A DNA stretch of 64,000 bases from an uncultured Actinomycetes bacterium (lineage in GTDB: Bacteria; Actinomycetota; Thermoleophilia; Gaiellales; Gaiellaceae): the NCBI GenBank assembly GCA_963739525.1, contig CAVUAR010000005.1, forward strand, positions 358,915-422,914. The letters are read 5' to 3'. Of the stretch, positions 1 to 12,960 are shown in pieces; the stretch's first letter is position 1, and each line of letters begins with the position of its first letter. The position numbers and the translations under genes are program-made. The notes beneath the pieces are model-generated. The model had not been told where the DNA came from, did no database searches, and saw only the letters and a program-made list of their open reading frames with translations.

Positions 1-772
1 CGCGCACGAGCCGTTCGTCGACCTCGAACCCGACGCCGTAGCCGCGCAGGTAGTCCTGGACGCGCTCGAAGTGCTCGCGGCACTCGTCGCAGAGGAAGTC
101 TGCGAGCCTCGGCGCGTCGGCGAGCGCCGAGAGAACCTCCGGGCTCTTCACGTCGAAGACGCGCAACGGATTCGTGTCGCGCTTCTGCCGCGCCTCCTCA
201 TCGAGCACGCCGTCGTTCTCTTCGAGCCAGGCGACGAGCGCCTCGTGGTAGGCGGGCCGGCAGTTCTGGTCGCCGACGGAGTTGATCCTGAGCTCGTACT
301 CGGAGATCCCGAGCCGGGCGAGCAGCGCCGCGTAGAGCTGGACGAGCTCCGCATCGATCGCCGGGTCGGCCGAGCCGACCGCCTCGACGGAGAGCTGCCA
401 GTGCTCGCGGTAGCGGCCGCGTTGCGGCGCGCTGTAGCGGTACATGGGGGCGATCGTGAAGAGCTTCACGGGCTGGGGGTCCCGATGCATCCCGTGCTCG
501 ACGTAGGCGCGGCAGATCGGCGCCGTCGCCTCCGGCCGCAGCGTCAGGGAGCGCTCCGAGCGGTCCTCGAACGTGTACATCTCCTTCTGCACGACGTCGG
601 AGCCCGCGCCCGAGGTGCGCCGGAAGAGCTCGGTGTCCTCGAAGACCGGGGTCGTGATCGGCCCATAGCCGTAGAGCCGACAGATCCCCACCGCGGCCTG
701 GACGATCATGTCCCAGTGCGGCCAGTCCTTCGCGAGGACATCGTGCGTCCCGCGCGGCGCCTCGATCTTCAC
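1..772 (-). CDS. hisS: histidine--tRNA ligase, 5' part (3' end lies beyond the window edge)
   Basis: Open minus-strand frame, absent from the ORF track because it is partial. GTG at 772-770, then VKIEAPRGTHDVL...FRRTSGAGSDVVQKEMYTFEDR...LRPEATAPICRAY...YRYSAPQRGRYREHWQ (class II HisRS motifs). 4-nt overlap with the upstream MBL gene stop. Confidence 0.85.
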   Translation of the reverse strand, partial: MKIEAPRGTHDVLAKDWPHWDMIVQAAVGICRLYGYGPITTPVFEDTELFRRTSGAGSDVVQKEMYTFEDRSERSLTLRPEATAPICRAYVEHGMHRDPQPVKLFTIAPMYRYSAPQRGRYREHWQLSVEAVGSADPAIDAELVQLYAALLARLGISEYELRINSVGDQNCRPAYHEALVAWLEENDGVLDEEARQKRDTNPLRVFDVKSPEVLSALADAPRLADFLCDECREHFERVQDYLRGYGVGFEVDERLVR

Positions 773-1413
773 GGGCTCGCGGCCCGGAGCTCGCCGAGGA
801 ACGGGTTCGTCTCGAGCTCGCGGCCGAGCGTGGTCGGCGGCCCATGGCCCGAGTAGACCACCGTCTCGGGCGGGAAGCGCTCGACGAGGCGGCCGATGGA
901 GTCGAGGAGCGTCCCCCAGTCGCCGTTCGCCCGGTCGGTACGGCCGACGGAGCCGGAGAAGAGGACGTCGCCCGAGAAGAGCGCGCCGTCGGAGTAGAAC
1001 GCGATGTGGCCGGGGAGGTGGCCCGGGACGCGGAGGGTCTCGAAGTCGATGCCCGCGAGGTCCAGGCGCTCGTCGCCCTGGAGGAGGACGTCCGGGGTGA
1101 AAGGCTCGAAGCTCAGGCCCGCCTCGGGGTAGAGCTCGTTGATGCGCTGCGCGCGCTCGCTGTCGAGCTCCGCCATGTACACGGGCGCGCCCGTCGCGCG
1201 CTGCAGCTCGGCGACGCCGCCGATGTGGTCGATATCCGCGTGCGTGATGAGGATCGCGGCGCAGCGCGCGTCTCCGAGGGTGTCCTCGATCTTCGCCAGC
1301 TCGCCGGGCCAGCCCGGGTCGACGACGATCGCCTCGGCCGCGTCCTCGCGCCGGACGACGTAGCAGTTCATCGCAAACGGGCTCAGCTCGAGCCGGGTGA
1401 CGTCGAGAGCCAT
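769..1413 (-). CDS. MBL-fold metallo-hydrolase (glyoxalase II-like)
   Basis: 214-aa intact ORF. Metal motif ITHADIDHIGG, later VPGHLPGH and GDVLFSGSVGRTD. Confidence 0.85.
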   Translation of the reverse strand: MALDVTRLELSPFAMNCYVVRREDAAEAIVVDPGWPGELAKIEDTLGDARCAAILITHADIDHIGGVAELQRATGAPVYMAELDSERAQRINELYPEAGLSFEPFTPDVLLQGDERLDLAGIDFETLRVPGHLPGHIAFYSDGALFSGDVLFSGSVGRTDRANGDWGTLLDSIGRLVERFPPETVVYSGHGPPTTLGRELETNPFLGELRAASP

Positions 1414-1448
1414 CGGGCGCTGAGTCTAACGGGGCACCACGGCTAGAC

Positions 1449-1784
1449 TTGCCCGCGATGGAGAGCTGGCAGCTCCCCGAGATCGCGACCCCGGACGGGA
1501 CCCGCTCACCCGTCGTCCTGAAGAGCGAGAACGAGGCGCGCGCCGTCCTCATCGGCCTCGACCCGGGCCAGGAGCTCGGCGACCACCAGGTGAAGGAGCA
1601 TGCGTGGCTCCTCGTCGTCGAGGGCGCAGCCCAGATCAGGAGTGGAGCCGACGAAATCGACGCGCCGATCGGGACGCTCGCCCACTTCGAGCCCGACGAA
1701 CGGCATTCCGTGGCGAGCCGCGAGGGAGCAAAGGTTCTTCTCCTGCTCGCGCCCTGGCCAGGGCCCGGCCACTACCGGGGCTAG
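1449..1784 (+). CDS. cupin domain protein
   Basis: 111 aa. GDHQVKEHAWLLVVEGAA ... FEPDERHSV resembles the two cupin motifs. Alternative ATG at 1458. Confidence 0.55.
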   Translation: MPAMESWQLPEIATPDGTRSPVVLKSENEARAVLIGLDPGQELGDHQVKEHAWLLVVEGAAQIRSGADEIDAPIGTLAHFEPDERHSVASREGAKVLLLLAPWPGPGHYRG

Positions 1785-1799
1785 CGGCCCGGACAGCGG

Positions 1800-2546
1800 C
1801 TACTTCTCGAACAGGAACAGAGCGAACCCGAGCACATCGCGGCCACCGAGCTTCCGGTACCGCTCGCGGCCGGCTTCGATCCACGCACTGAGCTCGGCGA
1901 CCCCCTCCTCGCCCTCGTGCGCGTCGGCGTAGCGCTCGCCGTTTCGCGCCCATGCGTCCTCGTAGGCGTCCCAGTCCTCGACGCTCGTCGTGACCGCGCG
2001 CTTGAGGTCGAGGCCGACGTCTTCCGCCGCAGCGATCGTGCCACCGTAGTCCTTCAGCTCCTCCCGCGCCGCGCCGAGGGCGACGAGGTACTCGGCGCTC
2101 GGCTCCTCGCGCCAGTAGCCCTCGCCGAACAGGAGCTTCCCGCCGGGTGCGACGAAGCCGGAGAGAACGGCCAGCGTTCCTCCCACACCGCCCCGAAAGG
2201 CCACCCCGCCGGTGCTGACGACGAGGTCGAACGACCCCGGCTCGGGCGCGTAGTCGCGAACGTCCTGCTCGAAGAGCGAGACCTTGGACTCGGGCACGCG
2301 CTCCTCTGCCTGGCGCCGCGCCTCGGCCAGGACAGCCGGCGAGGTGTCGAGCCCGATCGCGCGGACCTCCGGGTAGCGCTCGACGATCCGGAGCAGCACC
2401 TCCGCCTTCCCGCACCCGAGGTCGAGCACGTGCGCGCCCGGCTCGAGCTCGAGCGCCTCGATCATCTCGTCCACGTCCTCTTCGGCGAGAGGGTTCATGA
2501 ACGCGAGGCCCTCGTGGGCGATCGCCGAGAAGTCGAGCTCCTCCAA
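1800..2546 (-). CDS. class I SAM-dependent methyltransferase
   Basis: 248 aa. Motif I VLDLGCGKAEVLL, post-I IGLDTSP, later VAPGGKLLF. Confidence 0.8.
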   Translation of the reverse strand: MEELDFSAIAHEGLAFMNPLAEEDVDEMIEALELEPGAHVLDLGCGKAEVLLRIVERYPEVRAIGLDTSPAVLAEARRQAEERVPESKVSLFEQDVRDYAPEPGSFDLVVSTGGVAFRGGVGGTLAVLSGFVAPGGKLLFGEGYWREEPSAEYLVALGAAREELKDYGGTIAAAEDVGLDLKRAVTTSVEDWDAYEDAWARNGERYADAHEGEEGVAELSAWIEAGRERYRKLGGRDVLGFALFLFEK

Positions 2547-2942
2547 CTAGCCCGAGCCCGAGCCGCGCTGCTGCCGCTTGGAGAAGACCCGATACATGAG
2601 GACGTCGACGAGGTAGCTGAACGGGATGAAGAACGCGATGAGCGCGACGGCGTTGAAGAGCTTGGCCGTCGTGCTCACGGTCGAGGCGGTGAATACCCAG
2701 ACGATGACGAGGATGATCGGGGCGAAGATCGCCGTGCGCTTCACGACGCGCGCCATCGAGGGCTTTTGCATCTCTCGCCCTCCTCGCTGCGGCGCTGCCC
2801 GGGCGGGCCGCTTGCCGTCCTTCTTCGGAGGCTCGGCAGGCTTCTCGATCGGGACCTCCTCGCCCTCCTCCGTCTCGATGACGTACTCGTACTCGTGACG
2901 TTGGAGCTTCTCGCGGCGACGGCGCTGCTTCCGGCTCGGCAT
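2547..2942 (-). CDS. small membrane protein (hypothetical)
   Basis: ATG at 2942-2940 (MPSRKQRRRREKL...). Charged N-terminus, then two hydrophobic helices (IFAPIILVIVWVF, AVALIAFFIPFSYLV). The longer 174-aa start in the track reads into the hutI 3' end. Confidence 0.5.
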   Translation of the reverse strand: MPSRKQRRRREKLQRHEYEYVIETEEGEEVPIEKPAEPPKKDGKRPARAAPQRGGREMQKPSMARVVKRTAIFAPIILVIVWVFTASTVSTTAKLFNAVALIAFFIPFSYLVDVLMYRVFSKRQQRGSGSG

Positions 2943-2949
2943 GGTCCGA

Positions 2950-4164
2950 TTATGCCGCGACAGCCCCGCCGTGGATGGCGGCGGCCACGTGGTTCCCGCC
3001 GAGGTGGTACGCGAGATCGCGCCAGTCGGACGAGTCGAGCAGGACGATGTCCGCCGCATGGCCCGGTGCAAGCCGCCCGATCCGGTCGGCTCGGCCGAGG
3101 ACGTGGGCCGCGTTGACCGTGCAGGCGGTGAGCGCCTCGGCCGGAGACATCTTCATCTGCGTACAGGCGAGCGCGCACACGAGCGGCAGGCTCTCGCAGA
3201 ACGCGCTTCCCGGGTTGAGGTCCGTAGCCAGTGCGACCGCGACGCCTTCATCCACGAGCGACCTGGCGGGAGGCATCGGGCGGCCCAGCACGAGCGCGGC
3301 CGCCGGCAGCAGCACGGCGGCCACGTCGCTTCCCGCCAGCGCGCGAACGCCGTCCGGTCCGGTCGCCTCGAGGTGGTCGACGCTTACGGCCGCCAGCTCG
3401 ACCGCGAGCGGGATCCCGCCCGCCTCCGTGAACTGGTCAGTATGGAGTCGGAGGCGAAGCCCTGCAGCGCGGCATGCCGCGAGGTACCGGCGCGCCTGTG
3501 CAGCGTCGAACGCGCCGCGCTCCAGGAACACGTCGGCCGCCTCGGCGATCCTCGCCGCCTCGGGCAGAACCTCGGCGAGGGCGAAGTCGAGGTACGCGTC
3601 GGCGTCCGGGAATTCCGGCGGCACCGCGTGGGCACCGAGCCAGGTCGGCACGCCTCCCCCCTCGTGGACGACGCGCAGCATCGCGAGCTCGGTGTCGCGG
3701 TCGAGCCCATAGCCCGACTTCGCCTCGTAGGTCGTCGTCCCCGACGCGAGCATCCAAGAGCGGTGGAGCGCGAGGGCCTCGCGAAGGCCGTCCTCGCCTG
3801 CCGCACGGGTGGCCGCGACCGTGGAGAGGATGCCGCCTCCCGCAGCGTGGAGCTCCTCGTACGAGGCGCCGCCGGCGCGCAGCTCGAACTCGCCCGCACG
3901 CGAGCCCGCGAAGACGGCATGCGTGTGGCAGTCGACCAGGCCGGGGATCGCGGCCAGCCCGCGCCCGTCGACCTCGACGACGTCGCCGTCCAGCGCACCG
4001 AGCTCGTCCATGCGGCCGACGGAGACGATCTGCCCTTCCTCGCACAGGATGTAGGCGCTCTCGAGGATGTCGAGAGCCCGCATCGAGTCCCGCCCGCGCA
4101 AGGGTGCCTGCGTTCCCGCCGGCGAGACGGCCTGCGCCAGGTCGCGAACGAGGAGTTTGGCCAC
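2950..4164 (-). CDS. hutI: imidazolonepropionase
   Basis: Intact ORF with PGLVDCHTHAVF (HxH metal site), TTYEAKSGYGLD and LHTDQFT. GTG at 4164 is preferred because the longer start would overlap the hutU stop at 4172. Confidence 0.85.
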   Translation of the reverse strand: MAKLLVRDLAQAVSPAGTQAPLRGRDSMRALDILESAYILCEEGQIVSVGRMDELGALDGDVVEVDGRGLAAIPGLVDCHTHAVFAGSRAGEFELRAGGASYEELHAAGGGILSTVAATRAAGEDGLREALALHRSWMLASGTTTYEAKSGYGLDRDTELAMLRVVHEGGGVPTWLGAHAVPPEFPDADAYLDFALAEVLPEAARIAEAADVFLERGAFDAAQARRYLAACRAAGLRLRLHTDQFTEAGGIPLAVELAAVSVDHLEATGPDGVRALAGSDVAAVLLPAAALVLGRPMPPARSLVDEGVAVALATDLNPGSAFCESLPLVCALACTQMKMSPAEALTACTVNAAHVLGRADRIGRLAPGHAADIVLLDSSDWRDLAYHLGGNHVAAAIHGGAVAA

Positions 4165-4171
4165 GCCGCGG

Positions 4172-5865
4172 CTAGGAGCCGGGGACTTCGAGGCCGTGCT
4201 CCCGCGCGGCCTCACGCGCCTCGTCGTAGCCCGCGTCGAGGTGCCTGAGGACGCCGATCCCCGGATCGGTGGTCAGCACGCGCTCGAGCCGCTCTGCCGC
4301 GTCGTCGGTGCCGTCGGCGACGACGACCATGCCCGCGTGGATCGAGTTGCCGATGCCGACGCCACCGCCATGGTGGACGCTGACCCACGTCGCGCCCGCG
4401 GCCGTGTTCAGGAGCGCGTTCAGGATCGGCCAGTCCGCAATGGCGTCGGAGCCGTCTGCCATCGCCTCGGTCTCACGGTATGGAGACGCGACCGAGCCCG
4501 AGTCGAGGTGATCGCGGCCGATGACGACCGGCGCCGTCACCCGGCCCGAGCCGGACGAGGTCGTTGATCGCCAGACCCGCTTTGGCGCGGTCGCCGTAGC
4601 CCAGCCAGCAGATCCGCGCCGGCAACCCCTGGAAGGCGACGCGTTCGGGCGCGAGGTCGAGCCAGCGCTGAAGGAGCACGTCGTCCGGGAAGAGATCTCG
4701 CAGCGCCCCGTCGATCGCTGCGATGTCTTCCGGATCACCCGACAGAACCGCCCAGCGGAACGGCCCGATGCCGCGGCAGAAGAGCGGCCGGATATAGGCC
4801 GGGACGAAGCCCGGGTATGCGAAGGCCTCCTTTACGCCAGCCTCTTGCGCCTCCCCTCTGAGGTTGTTGCCATAATCGAAAACATAGCTGCCGGCTCGGA
4901 CGTACTCGAGCATGCCTTCGACATGGCGCGCGATCGACTCGCGACGCGCGGCGCAGGTACTCGTCCGGGTCGGCGGCGCGGAGACTCGCGGCCTGCTCGA
5001 CGTCGAGCCCCGACGGCACGTAGCCGTTCAGAGGATCGTGCGCGGCGGTCTGATCCGTGACGAAGTCGAAATGCTCGCCGCGCTGCGCGAGCTCCGGGAC
5101 GAGGTCGGCCGCGTTTCCGAGCAGGCCCACCGAGAGCGCGCGCCCCTCCTTCGCCGCGGCGCGCACCTTCGCGAGCGCGTCGTCCAAAGTGTCCGTCGAC
5201 TCGTCCAGATACCGCGTTTCGAGTCGGCGCTCGATCCGGGCCGGGTCGACCTCGATGCAGAGAATCGCCGCGCCCGCCATCGTCGCGGCCAAGGGCTGGG
5301 CGCCGCCCATGCCGCCGAGGCCTGCGGTGAGGATCGTCTTCCCGCTGAGGTCCGGCGACGCCGAAGTGCTTCTCTCCCGCGGCAGCGAAGGTCTGGTAGG
5401 TGCCCTGGAGGATTCCCTGTGTGCCGATGTAGATCCAGCTGCCAGCCGTCATTTGGCCGAACATCGTGAGCCCGAGCGCTTCCAGGCGGCGAAACTCCTC
5501 CCACGTGGCCCAACGGGGGACGAGGAGGGCGTTGGCGATGAGGACGCGCGGCGCCCCCGGATGCGTGCGGAAGACGCCGACCGGCTTGCCGCTCTGGACG
5601 AGCAGCGTCTCGTCCTCGCCGAGCACGAGGAGCGAGCGGACAAGCGCCTTCAGCGCTGCGTGGTTTCGCGCTGCCTTGCCGGAGCCGCCGTAGACGATGA
5701 GCTCCTCGGGCTTCTCCGCGACCTCGCGGTCGAGGTTGTTGAGAAGCATGCGGAGCGGGGCCTCCGTCTGCCACGAGCGCGCGTTGAGCGACTGTCCGCG
5801 CGGAGCGCGGATCGTCGACAGATCGCCGCAGAGCTCCTCCACCACCGCGTCGAGCTCGCGCACGC

Positions 5866-5869
<4 letters not shown>
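4172..5869 (-). pseudogene. hutU: urocanate hydratase, interrupted by 3 frame switches (or sequencing indels)
   Basis: Four consecutive ORF pieces in different frames join into a full urocanase: [12 protein letters not shown]; [16 protein letters not shown]; [11 protein letters not shown]; [20 protein letters not shown]...HHGGGVGIG. Junctions at about 5335, 4947 and 4555 each read as one extra base. The ATGA overlap with the hutH stop is preserved. Confidence 0.85.
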
Positions 5870-7411
<1,542 letters not shown>

Positions 7412-7466
7412 CGCGACCAGTCTAGAACGCGCCGGGCTCGAGTTCCGGCCGGACGAAGGGAGACGG

Positions 7467-8283
7467 ATGCGAGTTCACATCATCAGCGACATCGAGGGTG
7501 TCGCGGGCGTGGTCAAGCCCGAGCAGGGCGACGGCGGCGAGTCGCTCTTCGAGGAGGCCCGCCGCCTCTACACGGAGGAGATCAACGCGGCGATCCGTGG
7601 CGCGTTTTCCGGCGGGCGCGACGGAGGTCGTCGTCATGGACTGCCACGGGGCGGGTAAGGGCTGGACGTTCAACTCCCTGCTGCCCGAAGCGCTCGACCC
7701 GCGCTGCGAGTGGGTCGTCCAGCGGGAGTGGACGGAGTACACCGGCTTCCTCGCGGAAGGCTGCGACGCGGCTCTCTTCGTCGGCATGCACGCGCGGGCA
7801 GGCATCGCCGACGGCGTCCTCAACCATACGATCTCGGGCTCGGACATCTACGAGCTCCGCTTCAACGGCACCGCGGTCGGCGAGACGGGAATCAACGCGG
7901 CGCTCTGCGGCACGTTCGGCTGCCCCGTGCTCCTCGTCACGGGCGACGACGCGGTCTGCCGCGAGGGCCGCGAGCTCCTCGGAGACGGACTGACGACGGT
8001 CTCGGTGAAGCAGGGGCTCGGGCGCGAGAGCGCCCGCAACATCGCGCCGCAGCGCGCCCGGGAGATCATCGAGGAAGGGGCCAAGCGGTCGCTCGGCGAC
8101 CTCGAGGCGGTGGCGCCCTACGACCCCGGGCATCCCTGCGAGATCGAGGTCGACGTGATGGGGTCGCAGATCGTCGAGGCCTACCGGTGGAGGCACGGCG
8201 TCGAGGTTCTCGACGGCCGGCGCTTCGTGTCGCGCGCCGACGACTGGTGGACTGCCTGGACGCAGTTCTGGCCGTTGCCGTGA
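7467..8283 (+). pseudogene. M55 family metallopeptidase (DppA-like D-aminopeptidase), one frame switch near 7610
   Basis: MRVHIISDIEGVAGV start (ATG 7467) in one frame. It continues in ORF 7498-8283 (VVVMDCHGAG, FVGMHARAG, GINAALCGTFGCPVLLVTGDD). Confidence 0.75.
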
Positions 8284-8299
8284 GAGCAGACGCTCGCGC

Positions 8300-9190
8300 T
8301 CAGTCGTCGAGCAGACGGAGCTCGAGGACGTGCCGCGAGTCGAAGCCCTCGATCCTGAGGAGCTTCCCGGCGGCCTCGACCGCTGGCGCCCGCCGGCATC
8401 AGGCCGACGAGCTCGCTGCCCGCGACCTCGGCGCCGCGGGCCTCGGCTTCTCGGGCGATGGTCGAGACGATCTCGTGGAGCGCGGCAGCCTCCCAGTCCG
8501 TCACGTTCATGCTCACCTGGACGAGCCCGGCCGTCGGGAGGTCGAGGCCCAGCGCGCGCACGCCCGGGAAGCCGCCGTCGCGCTCCCGCACGAGCGCCGC
8601 GATCTCGCGCGCGGCCGTGGACGTCGGCCCCGCGGAGGTTGACGTTGAAGGCGATCAGCGGCCGGCGCACGCCGATGAGGACTCCGCCCGCGCTCGGGTG
8701 CAGCACGGCCGGCCCGCGGTCCGCGCGAGAGCTCGCCGGAGTCGATCCTCCGCTGCAGCTCCTCCGGTCCGCCCCGCCGGAAGAACGCGGGCTCGCGGCG
8801 GTCCTCCGTCAGGCGCGCGTAGAAGAAGACCGGCAGGCCGAGCTCGCTCCCGACCCGCTCGCCAAGGGCGAGCGCGGCCTCTCGGGCCGCGGGCTCGTCG
8901 ACGGGCCGAAGCGGTACGAGCGGGACAACGTCTGCAGCCCCGATCCGCGGATGGGCACCCTCGTGTCGGCGCAGGTCGATTCGCTCCGCGGCGCACGCGA
9001 TTCCGGCGAACAGCGTCTCGACCAGCTCTTCGCCGGTCCCCACGAGCGTGAACACGGACCGGTGGTGGTCCCAGTCGGTGTGGATGTCGAGCAGCCGCGC
9101 CGGGCGCGAGAGCACCTCCTCGAGATCGGCAAGGACGGCGGTGTCCCGGCCCTCCGAGAAGTTCGGCACCGATTCGAGCGGTAAACGCAC
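8300..9190 (-). pseudogene. ftcD: glutamate formimidoyltransferase, at least 3 frame switches
   Basis: ESVPNFSEGRD, HRSVFTLVG and HPRIGAADVVPLVPL are in ORF 8513-9211. Further pieces lie in two other frames (LIAFNVNL; LVQVSMNVTDWEAAALHEIV), ending ...VLELRLLDD stop at 8300. The internal GTG at 9190 fits the family N-terminus better than 9211. Confidence 0.75.
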
Positions 9191-9246
9191 CGGTGAAGGA
9201 TAAAAGCGCACGGGAAGGCCGTCGATACACTCGACGTTGGGTCACC

Positions 9247-11027
9247 GTGAACCGTACGAAGCACCCGAACCTGCACACGTTCGGCCGGTTGCTCGGGTTC
9301 CTGCACCCGTACCGCTGGTCGCTGATCGTCTCGATCTTCCTGGCCGTCGGCTCGCAGGCGATCGCGATCCTGCTCGTCCGCATCACGCAGGGCGTGATCG
9401 ACACGGCGATCAAGCCGCAGGACGAGCGCATGCTCTGGATCTTCATCGGGGTCATCCTCGGGCTCGGGCTCGTCAGGTCGCTGCTCATGGTCGGGCGCAG
9501 GTTCATCTCGGGCCGCCAGGCGCTCGGAGTCGAGTACGACATGCGCAACGCGCTCTACGCGCACCTCCTCCGGCTCTCGTTCGGCTTCTACGACCGAAAC
9601 CAGACCGGGCAGCTGATGTCGCGGGCGACGGTCGACCTCCAGGCGGTGCGCTTCTTCCTCGGCTACGGGCTCATCTTCTTCTTCCAGCACGTCCTGACGA
9701 TCGTCGGCGTCACCGCGATCATGTTCTGGACGGACTGGAGGCTCGCGCTCGTCGCGCTCGCGATCACACCGATCGTCGTCGCGCTCGCATACCGGTACTC
9801 GCAGGTGTCGCACCCGATCCTCCGCGACGTGCAGCAGAAGATGGCCGACGTCGCGACCGTCGCCGAGGAGAACATCGTCGGCGTCCACGTCGTCAAGTCG
9901 TTCGCCCAGGAGACGCAGGAGCAGAAGAAGTTCCAGCGGCGCTCGGAAGCGTTGTTTCGGCAGAGCATCCGCGCGAACCGCCAGCAGTCCTTCTACGTGC
10001 CGATCCTTAGCTTCGTCCCACTGCTCGCACAGGCCGCGATCCTCCTGGTGGGCGGCTGGATGGTCGTGCACGGCAGCCTCACCATCGGCGAGTTTTTCGC
10101 CTTCAACCTCTACGTGACGATGCTGATCCTGCCGCTGCGGATGCTCGGCATGTGGATCGGCCAGTCGCAGCGAGCGACCGCCTCCGGCGAGCGCATCTTC
10201 CAGATCCTCGACGAGCCCGAGGACGATCGCCGAGAAGCCCGGTGCACCCGAGCTCCCACCTGGGCCCGGGCGCATCGAGCTTCAAGGGCGTCTCGTTCGG
10301 CTACGACCCCGAGCGGCTCGTCCTCCACGGCGTCGACCTCGAGATCGAGCCGGATCAAACGTCGCGGTCATCGGCCACACCGGTTCGGGAAAGACGACGT
10401 TGACCGCGCTCGTGCCGCGCTTCTACGACGCGACGGCAGGGCGCGTCCTGATCGACGGCGTGGACGTCCGCGACGTGACGCTCGCCTCGCTCCGCTCGCA
10501 GATCGCGGTCATCTCGCAGGATCCGTTCCTCTTCTCGACGACCGTGCGGGACAACATCGCCTTCGGCACGGCCGACGGCGACGGACGAGGAGGTCGAGTC
10601 GGCCGCGCGGCTGGCGCAGGCGCACGAGTTCATCGTCGCGCTGCCCGACGGCTACGACACCGTCATCGGCGAGCGCGGGATCACGCTCTCGGGCGGCCAG
10701 CGCCAGCGGATCGCGATCGCGCGCGCGATCGTCGCTGAACCCGCGCATCCTCATCCTCGACGACGCCACCGCGTCCGTGGACGCGACGACCGAGGCGCGG
10801 ATCCGGCTCGGCCTGCGCGAGGCGATGCACGGACGGACGACTCTGATCATCGCGCACCGGCTCTCGACGATCTCGCTCGCGGACGAGGTCGTCGTGCTCG
10901 ACCACGGCCGGATAGCGGCGCGCGGCACGCAGGCCGAGCTGGCCGAGTCGAGCCCTGTCTACCGCGAGATCTACGAGCACGGCCTGTCGACCGCGAGCTG
11001 GCCGCGCGGCTGGAGGCGACGGCGTGA
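9247..11027 (+). pseudogene. ABC exporter, fused permease/ATPase subunit 1, about 6 frame switches
   Basis: The six-helix TMD region is intact (9247-10220). The NBD is recovered from three frames: Walker [41 protein letters not shown]. Frame changes at about 10225, 10287, 10363, 10577, 10742 and 10988, a mix of +1 and -1. Confidence 0.8.
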
Positions 11028-11179
11028 CGGCACGGAGACGGCACGAAGCGCGCGCCACACGTGCGGCGCTCGGCGTTAGGCTCGGGCCATCGGGTTGGGG
11101 AGGTGGGTTTCCCACGATCTCGCGCCCGAGTAACTGGAGGGCGCCGTGAGGGTCTGGCAGCCCGGCTCCCACCTCAGCG

Positions 11180-12960
11180 ATGCAGCGCGGCGCCGAGGTC
11201 GACGACTGGTCGTGGCGCGCGCACCGCCCGCCGCATCTCGACGCTCGCCCGCCTGGCCGCGCCGCTACAAGCTCCGCACGACGCTCGCGATCGTCTCGCT
11301 ACTCGCGGCGACGGTCACTTCGCTCGCCCCGCCCTACCTCGCGAAGCTCGCGCTCGACGACGGCGTGCGCGCGCAGGACTACCGGCGCCTGGTCGAGATC
11401 GTCGTCCTCTTCGTCGCCGCCGGACTCCTCAGCTGGATCACGAGCTCGGCGCAGACCTATTTCACGGGCTGGACGGGCGAGCGGATCCTCGCCGACCTAC
11501 GCAACACGCTCTTCCGCCACCTGCAGCGGCTCTCGCTCGGCTTCTACGAGCGCAACCGCGCGGGCGTCCTCATCAGCCGGCTGACGAACGACGTCGAGGC
11601 GCTCGACCAGCTCGTCACCGACGGCGTCACGAGCCTCGTCCAGAACACGCTCGATCCTTATCGGCTCGGCCGTCGATCCTCTTCCTCCTCGACTGGAAAC
11701 TCGCGCTCGCGACCCTCGCCGTGCTGCCCGTTCATGGCCGTCGCGACGGCGCTCTTCCGCGATCGTCTCCTCGCGCGCCTACCGCGCGGTGCGCGAGCGG
11801 CTCGGGCTCGTCACCGCGACGCTCGCCGAGGACATCGCGGGGATGCGGGTCGTCCAGGCGTTCACGCGCGAGGACGCGAACCAGCGCCACTTCCAGGCCG
11901 TGAACGCGCACTACCGAGCGGCGAACCACGTCACCGTCGGTCACGAACGGCCTCTACTTCCCGTTCGTCGACTTTCTGTCGACCGCGGCGACGGCGATCG
12001 TGCTCGGCTACGGCGGCTACCGCTACTTCGGCAACGACATCACGATCGGGACGCTGCTCGCGTTCATGCTCTACCTGTCGAACTTCTTCGACCCGGTGCA
12101 GCAGCTCTCGCAGCTCTACAACACGTTTCTCGCCGCGGTCGCCGCGCTCGACAAGATCATGGACGTGCTCGACGAGGAGCCCGAGATCGAGGACGAGCCG
12201 GGCGCGCGAGACCTGCCCGCGATCCGGGGCGACGTTACCTTCGAGGGCGTCCGCTTCGGCTACGGAAACGGCGTCGAGGTGCTGCACGGGATCGACCTCG
12301 ACGTGCCGGCTGGGACGACGGTCGCGCTCGTGGGCCACACGGGCGCCGGCAAGTCGACGATCGCCAAGCTGCTCGCGCGCTTCTACGACCCGCGCGAGCG
12401 GCCGGATCACGATCGACGGCCGCGACCTGCGCCACGGTGACGCAGGAGAGCCTCCGCCGCCAGCTCGGCATCGTGCCCCAGGAGGGATTCCTGTTCGCGG
12501 GAACGGTGCGCGAGAACATCGCCTTCGGGCGGCCCGATGCGACCGAGGAGGAGATCGTCCGGCGGCGCGCGCGGTCGGCGCCCACGACTTCATCGTCGGG
12601 CTCGAGGAGGGCTACGAGACAGAGGTCGCCGAGCGGGGCGGCCGACTCTCGCTCGGACAGCGGCAGCTCGTCGCATTCGCGCGCGCGCTGCTCGCCGACC
12701 CGCGCATCCTCATCCTCGACGAGGCGACGTCGAGCGTGGACATCGGCACCGAGCGCCGCATCGAGCTCGCGCTCGGCCGGCTGCTCGCCGGACGTACGGC
12801 GTTCATCATCGCTCACCGGCTCTCGACGATCCGGAACGCGGACATGATCGTCGTCCTCGAGCACGGCCGCGTCGTCGAGCAGGGAACGCACGACGAGCTT
12901 CTCGCACGCGAAGGCCTCTACCTCTCCCTCTACGGCGACTGGGCGTCGGCCGCCGCGTGA
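11180..12960 (+). pseudogene. ABC exporter, fused permease/ATPase subunit 2, at least 8 frame switches
   Basis: Motifs are scattered over all three frames: [95 protein letters not shown]. No premature stop other than those caused by the shifts. Confidence 0.8.

Noticed and set aside
11070-11095. The shared string GTTAGGCTCGG(G)CCAT at about 11075 and about 16483 as a dispersed repeat.
   Set aside because: About 15 nt with a mismatch, in only two copies, is within chance expectation for this composition.
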